This document shows, piece after piece, positions 47,794-56,342 of a DNA stretch of 57,957 nt (position 1 is its first letter; each line of letters starts with the position of its first letter). The translations under genes were made by a program, and so were the position numbers. The stretch comes from a virus (Duplodnaviria; Caudoviricetes). The stretch lies in IMG/VR virus record IMGVR_UViG_3300034375_000839, positions 1 through 57,957 of that record; one strand, written 5' to 3'. Under the pieces are notes generated by a model. The model searched no databases. It saw only the letters and a list, made by a program, of their open reading frames with translations, and was not told the origin of the DNA.

Positions 47794-48777
47794 ATGACAC
47801 CAGATAATGAGTGGTCTACGATTGATACTTCACAATCGCAAAATAAAGAAGAAGACAAAGTAGAGTTTGAAATAGAAGGTCAGGAAGAACAGGCAGTTGT
47901 AGAAACAAAGCCAGAACAGCCTGCACCAGAAGTTCAAGTAAAAACAGAGACAGAAGAAGTTGTACCTGAGAAAAAACCTGAAGCAAATTCTTCAGGAGCA
48001 GAAAAAAGAATAAGACAATTAGTTCGTCAGAAGAAAGAACGAGAGGAACAAATTGAACAACTTATTTCAAGGCAGGCAGAGCTTGAAGAAAGACTAAAGG
48101 CTCAACAAAAGGAAGCAGAAACTTCTTTTACCAAAAGTTTTGAAACGACTGAAGAGCAAATTAAAAGTCGTATTGAAATGGCAAAAGATGTTTATAAGCA
48201 GGCTTTAGAATCAGGAGACTCAAGTTTAATTGTAAATGCACAAGAAAACTTGAACAATGCTCAGAATGATGCTAATGCATTAAAGATTGCAAAACAACAA
48301 TATGAAACACAGAAACCTATTGTTACTGAAGCAAAAGAAACTGCAAAACCTACTGCAAAGCCACAGTCAAATGTAAAGTATGATAAGCTTGCATTAGATT
48401 GGGCAGGTAAAAATCCTTGGTTTGGTCAAGACCAAGTAATGACTACGTTAGCATTAGAACTAGACCAAACATTAAAAGGAGAGGGTTATGACCCTTCTGA
48501 AGAAGATTTCTATAATGAAATAGATAACAGACTTCGTCAACAATATCCTGAAAGGTATGGAGTTGACACTCGTCAGCAGGAAACGACATCTCCTGCTCAA
48601 GTAGTCGGAGGAGCATCACGCACTCCTTCATCCTCGTCTAAGGGCAAGAAGGTTAGACTATCTAAAGAAGATATGCGACTTGCAGAAAAATGGGGTATAC
48701 CTCTTGAACAATATGCTGCAGAAAAGCTGAAGGTTGAAAAATCTGAAGGCGATTATACTACAGTTTACAATAAATAG
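47794..48777 (+). CDS. Capsid scaffolding protein
   Basis: Acidic N-terminus, long coiled coil, WAGKNPWFG, C-terminal VRLS...AEKWGIPLEQYA; upstream of the capsid gene. Confidence 0.75.
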   Translation: MTPDNEWSTIDTSQSQNKEEDKVEFEIEGQEEQAVVETKPEQPAPEVQVKTETEEVVPEKKPEANSSGAEKRIRQLVRQKKEREEQIEQLISRQAELEERLKAQQKEAETSFTKSFETTEEQIKSRIEMAKDVYKQALESGDSSLIVNAQENLNNAQNDANALKIAKQQYETQKPIVTEAKETAKPTAKPQSNVKYDKLALDWAGKNPWFGQDQVMTTLALELDQTLKGEGYDPSEEDFYNEIDNRLRQQYPERYGVDTRQQETTSPAQVVGGASRTPSSSSKGKKVRLSKEDMRLAEKWGIPLEQYAAEKLKVEKSEGDYTTVYNK

Positions 48778-48792
48778 TGTGGGGAAATTAAA

Positions 48793-49293
48793 ATGACACG
48801 AACAAGTACAATGGCAAAATCACGTAATACTGAAAGTCGTGAACTCAATAATAGGGAACAGGATATGGAATTTAGAGAACCTAATATGCTTGAGATTCCA
48901 GAAAATGTTTCTAATCGTTTTAGAAACGAGGGCATGGCTCTTCGTTGGATACGTATAAATCTTCGTGGAAAAGACGATTATACAAATGTTGGCAAGCGAA
49001 TACAAGAAGGTTGGCAATTTGTAGATATTAATGAAGTTCCTGAAATTCAACATACATCCTTCGTGAGGGATGAAGGTCGATATACTGGTGCAGTCTGTCG
49101 TGGAGACTTAGCATTAGCAAAAATGCCATTACAAAAAGCAGAAAATCGACAAAAGTTTTACGAGAACCAAAGCTCAGAAATGGTTGATGCAGTTAATCAG
49201 CAGTTAATGAGTGGGAATAATTCTCGTATGCCTATTAGAAATAATAGTAAAAGTCAGGTTACTAAGGGTAAGACACCTAGATTTCAAGATTAG
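48793..49293 (+). CDS. Conserved head-module protein
   Basis: LRWIR...G.DD..NV.KR..EGWQFV and GDLALAKMP motifs. Confidence 0.6.
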   Translation: MTRTSTMAKSRNTESRELNNREQDMEFREPNMLEIPENVSNRFRNEGMALRWIRINLRGKDDYTNVGKRIQEGWQFVDINEVPEIQHTSFVRDEGRYTGAVCRGDLALAKMPLQKAENRQKFYENQSSEMVDAVNQQLMSGNNSRMPIRNNSKSQVTKGKTPRFQD

Positions 49294-49348
49294 TCTAGTG
49301 TGTAGTAGTCTTAGTGATTGTTAATTTTAATTTAAGGGAGAAAAAACT

Positions 49349-49963
49349 ATGACTACAAGTGCAGCATTGTTTGGCTTCTCACCATCTCGTAAACGTGGTA
49401 ATAACCCAAATGCGATTGGAACTAATGAATATCCTATAGCTTCAGGTTATGGTGCAAATATTTTTACTGGTGACCTAGTAAGAATAAATGCAGGTAACTT
49501 AGAAGTTATTACAACTACTACTGAAGTAGTTCAGGGTGTCTTCATGGGTTGCAGATATGTTGAGAACGGCGAACAAAAATTTAAGGCATACTTTCCTTCA
49601 GGTACTTCTACTACAGATGCCTATGGAATAGTTGCTGATGACCCAAACCAAGTTTTTGAAGTACAGGCAGATGCGTCTGTTACTGCAGGAGACTTGCATG
49701 GTTCTCAAAACTTCGGAGTTGTTCTAGGAGCAGGTTCTACATTTACAGGTAAATCTGGACATGGTATAGATGCTTCAACTAGAACTACAGGAATCGCAAT
49801 GGTGCGTACACTGGATTATGTAAATGAGCCAGGTAACCAAGTAGATGTATCAGCAGAAAGAGCTTTTCTAAAATTAAATACTAGATTAGTTCAGCATACT
49901 GACAACTTCTTGACACCTATCGTTTCTGCTCCTGCAACTATTACAGCATATTTATTAGGTTAA
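49349..49963 (+). CDS. Putative capsid decoration / minor capsid protein
   Basis: FGFSP...YPIASGY..NIFTGDLV...GVFMGC.Y...DDPNQVFEVQAD; directly before the major capsid gene. Confidence 0.6.
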   Translation: MTTSAALFGFSPSRKRGNNPNAIGTNEYPIASGYGANIFTGDLVRINAGNLEVITTTTEVVQGVFMGCRYVENGEQKFKAYFPSGTSTTDAYGIVADDPNQVFEVQADASVTAGDLHGSQNFGVVLGAGSTFTGKSGHGIDASTRTTGIAMVRTLDYVNEPGNQVDVSAERAFLKLNTRLVQHTDNFLTPIVSAPATITAYLLG

Positions 49964-49977
49964 GGGGAGGATAAACT

Positions 49978-50922
49978 ATGGCGATAAATAGAGCAAGTAT
50001 ATCAAAAGAACTTCTTCCCGGACTTAATGCTGTTTTTGGCATGGAGTATGGAGAAGTTTCTGATGAGCATAAGCCACTATTTGAAGTTGAAAACTCAGAT
50101 AGGGCATTTGAAGAAGAAGTATTATTTACAGGATTTGGTACTGCACCGACTAAAGCAGAAGGTGCTGCAGTTTCCTTTGATGATGCTCAAGAGTCTTTCA
50201 CTTCAAGGTATACACATGAGACAGTTGCACTGGCTTTTGCGATTACTGAAGAAGCAATGGAAGACAACCTTTATGACACTTTTGCAAAATTAAGAGCAAA
50301 GGGATTAGCTAGAGCAATGGCTAATACTAAGCAGGTTAAAGCTGCAGATGTGTACAATAATGGTTTTAATGCATCTTTTGTAGGTGGGGATGGACAGCCT
50401 TTCTTTTCGGCTTCACACCCAACTATAGGTGATGGTAACCAATCAAATACTTTAGGTGCAACTGACTTGTCAGAAGCTTCTTTAGAATCTGCATTGATTA
50501 CTATTTCTAAAGCAAAAGATGACAGAGGTATTTTGATTGGTCTTCAGACTCAGTCATTGCATATACCTTCTGACTTGGCATTTACTGCAGACCAAATTCT
50601 AAATAGTACAATGTCAACAACTATTGGGGTTAATCCAACAACTGCTGCAAATGGTGCAACAAATGTTAACGACATTAACTCAATCAGAAATCAGGGCATG
50701 GTTCCAGGTGGATTCTTTGTAAATAGAAGGTTCACTGATACGAATGCATGGTTCTTAAAAACTGATTGTCCTAATGGAGCAAAAATGTTTGTACGTTCAC
50801 CATTACAGACAAAAATGGAGCCAGACTTCGATACAGGAAACGTAAGATTTAAAGCTAGAGAAAGATATAGCTTTGGTTTTTCTGACTGGAGAAGTTATTA
50901 TGGAGCTTCAGGTTCATCCTAA
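49978..50922 (+). CDS. Major capsid protein (Mu gpT-like HK97 fold)
   Basis: MAINRASI.KELLPGLNAVFG, SDRAFEEEV, RYTHETVALAF.ITEEA.EDNLY, DFDTGNVRFKARERYSFG.SDWR. Confidence 0.9.
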   Translation: MAINRASISKELLPGLNAVFGMEYGEVSDEHKPLFEVENSDRAFEEEVLFTGFGTAPTKAEGAAVSFDDAQESFTSRYTHETVALAFAITEEAMEDNLYDTFAKLRAKGLARAMANTKQVKAADVYNNGFNASFVGGDGQPFFSASHPTIGDGNQSNTLGATDLSEASLESALITISKAKDDRGILIGLQTQSLHIPSDLAFTADQILNSTMSTTIGVNPTTAANGATNVNDINSIRNQGMVPGGFFVNRRFTDTNAWFLKTDCPNGAKMFVRSPLQTKMEPDFDTGNVRFKARERYSFGFSDWRSYYGASGSS

Positions 50923-50950
50923 TAGATGACTGTAAGTTAATAACTTAATA

Positions 50951-50992
50951 AAAAAAGGGAGGGATAGCCTTTGCATCCTTCCCTATTTTTTT
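50951..50992 (+). terminator. Rho-independent (possibly bidirectional) terminator after the capsid gene
   Basis: A-run, GGGAGGGAT-loop-ATCCTTCCC stem, then TATTTTTTT. Confidence 0.75.
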
Positions 50993-50999
50993 GTATAAT
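50971..50999 (+). promoter_or_regulatory. sigma70-like promoter embedded in the capsid terminator
   Basis: TTGCAT-17 nt-TATAAT; RBS AAGGAG and ATG at 51021 follow. Confidence 0.6.
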
Positions 51000-51020
51000 A
51001 AATATATTAAGGAGAATTAC

Positions 51021-51326
51021 ATGTCAACGAATATTAGAACAGGATTTGTAACAGGCAGTGGAGCAGTATTAGATACTCTTTCAAGTGTAACTGTTGCAGA
51101 TACAAGAGTAAGAGGTGTGTTTTTTAGTGGTGTAGGTACATTCCTTATTACAGGAAGTCAAACAAATGAAAATGATAGCACTTCAGGAAGTAATATAAAG
51201 TTTGTAGGAACTACAAATGTAAATGCAGGAGACATTATGATACCTGATAGTGGTGTAAGAATGATAGGTCCTGTTAAAGTTTCTGCTCCAACTTCAACTG
51301 CAACTATAACAGTTTTCTATGGCTAA
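51021..51326 (+). CDS. Small virion protein
   Basis: Start at 51021 after AAGGAG; IPDSGV...ITVFYG C-terminus. Confidence 0.6.
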   Translation: MSTNIRTGFVTGSGAVLDTLSSVTVADTRVRGVFFSGVGTFLITGSQTNENDSTSGSNIKFVGTTNVNAGDIMIPDSGVRMIGPVKVSAPTSTATITVFYG

Positions 51327-51972
51327 TTATACATATCTAGTAAATGACATAATAGAGACTACAGAGAATGATAACTCTGACTTTACTAGTGCTATACCTA
51401 AATTTGTTAATAGAGCAGAGTTAAGATTAACAAAAGACTTAGATGATTATGGTTTAGTTACTTATACTTCCGTTGCAGTTTCAAGTGGTAAGAATATTAT
51501 TAACCTTCCTTCAGGAACAAGAATATTAAAAAACTTTAACATTAATAATGCAGGTACTAAAATAAATTTACTACAAAGAACTGATGAATTTTTAAATGAT
51601 TACTGGAATGTAAGTGCAAGCACAGGAACACCTCAATACTATGCACGCAGAGATAACACAACTATACTGATTGCACCTACTGCAGTGTCAACTGTTGATG
51701 GAGTAATAGTACATATATCAAGACCTACAACACTAAGCTCTGCATCAGATACAAATTACTTTTCAGACTTTTGTTATAATGCCTTGTATAATGCATCTAT
51801 GGTAGAAGCTTTATTGTTTATGAAAAACTATGAAGCAATTACTGTATATGAATCAAGATATAAAGAAGAAGTTCAGGCTCTTCGTAACCAAGCAAGAAGA
51901 ACCAGAAGAGATGATATGGAAACACCTGCAAGTCCTGCAGGAGGTGATAATACAATACTAGGGGGATTATAA
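51319..51972 (+). CDS. Head-tail adaptor / connector-like protein
   Basis: Y..L...I....EN....F...IP.F...AE.R; GTPQYYA; IAPT; L..ASMVEA..FMK motifs. Confidence 0.65.
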   Translation: MANYTYLVNDIIETTENDNSDFTSAIPKFVNRAELRLTKDLDDYGLVTYTSVAVSSGKNIINLPSGTRILKNFNINNAGTKINLLQRTDEFLNDYWNVSASTGTPQYYARRDNTTILIAPTAVSTVDGVIVHISRPTTLSSASDTNYFSDFCYNALYNASMVEALLFMKNYEAITVYESRYKEEVQALRNQARRTRRDDMETPASPAGGDNTILGGL

Positions 51973-51974
51973 TA

Positions 51975-52808
51975 ATGGGAATGACTAAAGCTGCAAGAAT
52001 GGCAATGGAAATGATGAGAAAATCTATGCCTTCTAAATCAATGAGTCAAGCAAATGCTCAAAGAGTTGAAGCTGCAATAAGAAAAAATCCAAAACTTTAT
52101 AAAGGACTATCTCCTTCTGAAGTTTTAAAAATGCTACCACCTAAAGGAATGACAGGTAAAGTTGTTGGTACACCTATAACAAAAGGAAAAAGAAAGAAAA
52201 AAGCAACACATGAACTTGTATATGAAGATGATAAGAATTATCCTACAATGAAAAAAATAAATAAAAAACCAACACATGAACTTGTATATGAAGATGATAA
52301 GAATTATCCTACAATGAAAAAAATTGTAACTAAAAAGTTTGTAGGTGGTGCATTAAAAACTATTAAAAAAGTTGGTGATGCAGTAAAGAAAAAAATAAAT
52401 AAAAAAGATTCTAAAGGTAATACTGTATCTATATTAGGTAAACCTAGTCCTAATCAAATTAAAACTAAAAAAGCAACTAAACAACAAAGAACTACAAGAA
52501 GAGAAAAAGCAAAATCTTTTGGTAAAGGTGTAACAACTACTACAGGTATAGGTCTTGCTATTGAAGGCTTAAAAGGTAAAAAGTCTCAAACACAATCAGA
52601 CCCTACACCTAAAACTGTAAAACCATTTACACCTAAATCTACTGCAATGCCAAAGCCTAGACCTAAGAAAAAAATGTACATGAAGGAAAGGTCAGGTAAA
52701 GACTCTAATGTAGAATTTGCAGTAGGCAAAGCTAAAAAGAAATTATTTGGTGGTGGTAAAGTAGGTGGTATGAAAGCAGGACCTGCAACACCTAATAGAT
52801 TATACTAG
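51975..52808 (+). CDS. Highly basic Lys-rich protein
   Basis: 277 aa, low-complexity Lys-rich, with an internal duplication. Confidence 0.65.
   Translation: MGMTKAARMAMEMMRKSMPSKSMSQANAQRVEAAIRKNPKLYKGLSPSEVLKMLPPKGMTGKVVGTPITKGKRKKKATHELVYEDDKNYPTMKKINKKPTHELVYEDDKNYPTMKKIVTKKFVGGALKTIKKVGDAVKKKINKKDSKGNTVSILGKPSPNQIKTKKATKQQRTTRREKAKSFGKGVTTTTGIGLAIEGLKGKKSQTQSDPTPKTVKPFTPKSTAMPKPRPKKKMYMKERSGKDSNVEFAVGKAKKKLFGGGKVGGMKAGPATPNRLY
52204..52324 (+). repeat. 55-bp exact direct repeat, period 66
   Basis: caacacatgaacttgtatatgaagatgataagaattatcctacaatgaaaaaaat at 52204 and 52270 (THELVYEDDKNYPTMKKI x2). Confidence 0.95.
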
Positions 52809-52817
52809 GAGAAAAAC

Positions 52818-54398
52818 ATGGTAGCATCTAAAATATTAAAAGGTATAAAGACTTTATCAAAGGCTGAAAAGAAAGCTAAAGCTCCTAAACCAAAAGGTAT
52901 TAAAGAAGGTAGTTCTGAATTTAGAGCTATATATTCTAAAAAGTTTAAAGAAGCTAAAGATAAAGGTCAAAAAAGAATAAGCATTAATAATGTTATAAAA
53001 AGGTCTCCTGATGGTAAAGGCTATCAAGATAAACCTAAAAAAGCTTTTTATATGGTTGAAAGAAGTAATAGAGCAAAGAAAAAAGATTTAACAGGTCTTA
53101 CCCCTAAAGAAAAAATGCAAAGAACAGCTATGGTTTCTGATGCTAAAAAGAAAATAAAAGGTTTAAGAAAAGATACTGAAGGCACAGGAGAAAAATCAAC
53201 AGTTAAATTAGCAGATAGAGTTATGGTTCTTAGTCCTAAAGCTAAAGGAAAGTCTGCATCTCAAATATTAAAAGAAGGAAGAGTAAGTCCTGCTACTAGA
53301 CAATATGTAAATCCTAATCTTATGGAAAGTGTAAACTCACCCTTAACTCCTAAGATGAGTAATGAAACAAGACGCATGAGAAGAATGGCTCAGTTAAAAG
53401 TTCTTCCTGAAAAATTTTTTAAAAGCAAATCAGAAGAGTTAGATGTTGTGCGAGGTAATATACCTCCTGCTTTAACATCTTCTCAGATAGCAAACAAACT
53501 TAGAGAGTCTGTTGCAAGAGGAACTCAAAAAATTAAAACTGATAAAGGGGTTGAAGAAACACCTGCAGTTGCAGCCACAGAACTTAAAAAGTTTCCTAAA
53601 AGAAAAACATTAAGCATAGGTGACAAGCTTAAAGGCACAATGGCAACTGAAAAAAATATTAAGAAACAAATTCTTAAAATTAACAAGGGTGACTTTGGAG
53701 GACCTAATAAGAGTTTTGCAAATAATTTAGTTGCTAAACAAGAAAAACCAAAAATAACAACTAAGACAATGTATTCTCAAAAAGAGTTAAATGCAATGTC
53801 TCCTGAAATAAGAAAAAGAAAAACTGTTAAAGGTTTACTAGAATATCAAAAAACTTTTAGTAAAGTAGAATTTAAAAAATTAAATGAAACTTTGGCTAAA
53901 GTAGAAAAAAGTCTTATGTCTAATCCTGCAAAGGCAACTCTAAATGATTTAAAAAATAGACCTTTAATTAAAAATGCTAAAAAAGGAAGTCCTTATGCAT
54001 CTATTAAAAATAGAGTTAGTAAATTAATTGAAAAGCAAAATCAAACTAAACCTAAATTAATAGGTAGTTTAAAAATGAAGCTTGATAATTTAGCAAATAG
54101 AAAGCCTGCAGCAAAAGGTGTAAAAGAAAAGTTTGGTGTAATACCTAGAAAATCAGGTGGTATACTTAAAGCAAAAGCAGGAACTAAAAAGAAAACTATA
54201 GGTAAAAGTAAACTTGGTAAATTAAAAGGTGCAATGCTTTCTCTTATGCCTATGGGTGTATATGACAGTATTGATATGATTGACACTGCAATAAGAACAG
54301 GTGTACCATTTAAGTCAGGTACTAAAGGAAAAACAATACGTGGCTGTGGTCAAGCAATGCGTGGCTATGGTAAAGCAATGAAAAAGGGGAGCAAGTAA
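52818..54398 (+). CDS. Highly basic Lys-rich protein
   Basis: 526 aa; RBS AGGAGA; C-terminal RGCGQAMRGYGKAM. Confidence 0.65.
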   Translation: MVASKILKGIKTLSKAEKKAKAPKPKGIKEGSSEFRAIYSKKFKEAKDKGQKRISINNVIKRSPDGKGYQDKPKKAFYMVERSNRAKKKDLTGLTPKEKMQRTAMVSDAKKKIKGLRKDTEGTGEKSTVKLADRVMVLSPKAKGKSASQILKEGRVSPATRQYVNPNLMESVNSPLTPKMSNETRRMRRMAQLKVLPEKFFKSKSEELDVVRGNIPPALTSSQIANKLRESVARGTQKIKTDKGVEETPAVAATELKKFPKRKTLSIGDKLKGTMATEKNIKKQILKINKGDFGGPNKSFANNLVAKQEKPKITTKTMYSQKELNAMSPEIRKRKTVKGLLEYQKTFSKVEFKKLNETLAKVEKSLMSNPAKATLNDLKNRPLIKNAKKGSPYASIKNRVSKLIEKQNQTKPKLIGSLKMKLDNLANRKPAAKGVKEKFGVIPRKSGGILKAKAGTKKKTIGKSKLGKLKGAMLSLMPMGVYDSIDMIDTAIRTGVPFKSGTKGKTIRGCGQAMRGYGKAMKKGSK

Positions 54399-55783
54399 TG
54401 AGTATAGGAACAGGTATTAAAGGTACTTTATCTTTAGGTAAAGGTCTTGGCAAAACTATAGATGATGCTTACAAAAAGTATGTTAAAGGTGGTGGTAAAA
54501 AAACTAAAAAGGTATTTAGTGCAGAAGAGTTATCAAAGAAAAAACAACTTGAAAAAGCAAAACAAAACAGACAAATAAAACAACAAAAGTCTAAAAAAAC
54601 AGAAGTTGTTAAAAAGGGTAAAAAGGTATATGATAAACCAATAGGTCCTCAGCCTAAACCTAAAAGTGTTAAAGTATACGATAAACCAATAGGTCCTCAG
54701 CCTAAACCTAAAAATGTTTCTTCAAAACAAAACCAGATTAATAAAGCAAAACAAAACAGACAAAATAGACAAAAGAAAACAGTTGCTAAAGGTAAGACAG
54801 TATACAATAAACCTGCAGGACCTTTTCCTAAAGTTTATAAAAAACCTGCAGGACCTACACCTAAGCCTACAAGCTTTCTAAAAAGAAACAAAGGTAAAAT
54901 TGCAGCAGGTACAGCATTACTTTCAACTGTACCTTTTCTTATAAATACAGATGATTCTAAAATAGGTGCAAAAGAAAATAAAAAAGTAACACCTTCTAAA
55001 GATATAGGACCTGACACATCTAAAATAACAAAACCTACTACAGCTAAAGTAAAGAAACAAACACTACCTCAAACTAAAGCTGATGACTACACAGGTAGGT
55101 TTATAGATAAAAAAGGTAATGTTGCATATGATAGCTTTTCAGATTTCTTAGCACACATGACAGGCAAGCCTAAGAAACGAGCAATGCCTAAGAAAACTGC
55201 AAGAATAATAGGTACAGGTAACAAGCTTAAAAGAAAAGAAGCAGATACTAAAGGTGCAGGTAAGGGTGTAAAGTTTAAGGCATTTAAAGCAGGCACTAAG
55301 GATAAAACTATATCTCAAAAACAATTAGATAAAAATGCTAAATATAAAGCTTCTAAAGCATATCAACTTAAAAATATGGAAAAAGTTGGTTTAATGGATA
55401 TAATTAAAAATCCTATAAAAGCTATAAAGAAAAGTTCAAGTAATGTAACGACAGCTAGAAGAAGAGCAAAGCAAGTTGCAGCAGGTGACCCTATCGCAGA
55501 AAGGAAATATGGTACAGGAAAAAGAACTGGGGATAAAATGAGCTATATGTATCCAGAAGGAGTGTTAAAATTTAAACCTGATGGTTCAGTAGAAAAACCT
55601 CTTAAATCATATAAAAGAAATCCTAAGAGTAAAAATAGAAGTGGTTTTGAAGTTACTAATAAATCAGGTGGAGGATTGATTGCAGGTTTATATGACAAGC
55701 CTGAAAAAGCTGAAACATATAAAGGAAATACATCTTCTGCAAGACAGGTAAAAGGTTATGGTAAAGCAAGGAAAAGACCCTAA
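54398..55783 (+). CDS. Highly basic Lys/Pro-rich protein
   Basis: 461 aa; KVYDKPIGPQPKPK repeats; C-terminal ARQVKGYGKAR. Confidence 0.65.
   Translation: MSIGTGIKGTLSLGKGLGKTIDDAYKKYVKGGGKKTKKVFSAEELSKKKQLEKAKQNRQIKQQKSKKTEVVKKGKKVYDKPIGPQPKPKSVKVYDKPIGPQPKPKNVSSKQNQINKAKQNRQNRQKKTVAKGKTVYNKPAGPFPKVYKKPAGPTPKPTSFLKRNKGKIAAGTALLSTVPFLINTDDSKIGAKENKKVTPSKDIGPDTSKITKPTTAKVKKQTLPQTKADDYTGRFIDKKGNVAYDSFSDFLAHMTGKPKKRAMPKKTARIIGTGNKLKRKEADTKGAGKGVKFKAFKAGTKDKTISQKQLDKNAKYKASKAYQLKNMEKVGLMDIIKNPIKAIKKSSSNVTTARRRAKQVAAGDPIAERKYGTGKRTGDKMSYMYPEGVLKFKPDGSVEKPLKSYKRNPKSKNRSGFEVTNKSGGGLIAGLYDKPEKAETYKGNTSSARQVKGYGKARKRP
54626..54713 (+). repeat. Intragenic direct repeat, period 48
   Basis: gataaaccaataggtcctcagcctaaacctaaaa x2; degenerate VYxKPAGP copies further on. 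Confidence 0.9.
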
Positions 55784-56051
55784 ACTAGGCACAGGTAAAA
55801 AACCTAAAGGTTCAGGCAGAAGGCTGTACACAGATGAAAATCCTAAGGATACTGTTCGCATTAAGTATGCAACCATATCAGATGCTAAGGAAACTATATC
55901 TAAAGTTAAAAAAATTAATAAGCCTTATGCAAGAAAAATACAAATACTTACAGTCCTTGAACAACGAGCCAAAGTATCTGGGAAAAAGGAACAAGCAAAA
56001 CTTGCCAAGCAAGGAAAAGAACAAATAAGGAAGAAGTATGGAAAAGCCTGA
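55758..56051 (+). CDS. Small basic conserved phage protein
   Basis: DPKLGTGKKPKGSGRRLYTDENPKDTV.IK.AT...KIQILTV.EQRAK motif. Confidence 0.65.
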   Translation: MVKQGKDPKLGTGKKPKGSGRRLYTDENPKDTVRIKYATISDAKETISKVKKINKPYARKIQILTVLEQRAKVSGKKEQAKLAKQGKEQIRKKYGKA

Positions 56052-56154
56052 TAAATGTGAAACTTGTAAGTGTTATGAGTGTGATTGTGAAGAATGTAAC
56101 TGTGAATGTCATATACAAGAAAAGAATGAGGAGGTACAAGGAGTACCTGTATAA
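56038..56154 (+). CDS. Metallothionein-like Cys-rich peptide (not in ORF track)
   Basis: MEKPDKCETCKCYECDCEECNCECHIQEKNEEVQGVPV: 8 Cys plus His within 19 residues; RBS AAGGAAG; fills the gap before 56159. Confidence 0.6.
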   Translation: MEKPDKCETCKCYECDCEECNCECHIQEKNEEVQGVPV

Positions 56155-56158
56155 ATAA

Positions 56159-56341
56159 ATGATTGAGTTTGTGTTAGTGTTTATGATGGGATTAAGAGTA
56201 GTAGACCAAACACAAACCTTCCAAGATATAGATAGATGTTTGTATTTTGCAGAAAGACTACATAACCAACCTTCAATACCACAAAAGGAAGGAGCTAATC
56301 TACAAATAACAGCATATTGCAAACCCATAAGGAAAAACTAA
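56159..56341 (+). CDS. Small protein with hydrophobic N-terminus and Cys pair
   Basis: MIEFVLVFMMG...FQDIDRC...AYCKP. Confidence 0.55.
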   Translation: MIEFVLVFMMGLRVVDQTQTFQDIDRCLYFAERLHNQPSIPQKEGANLQITAYCKPIRKN

Positions 56342-56342
56342 T

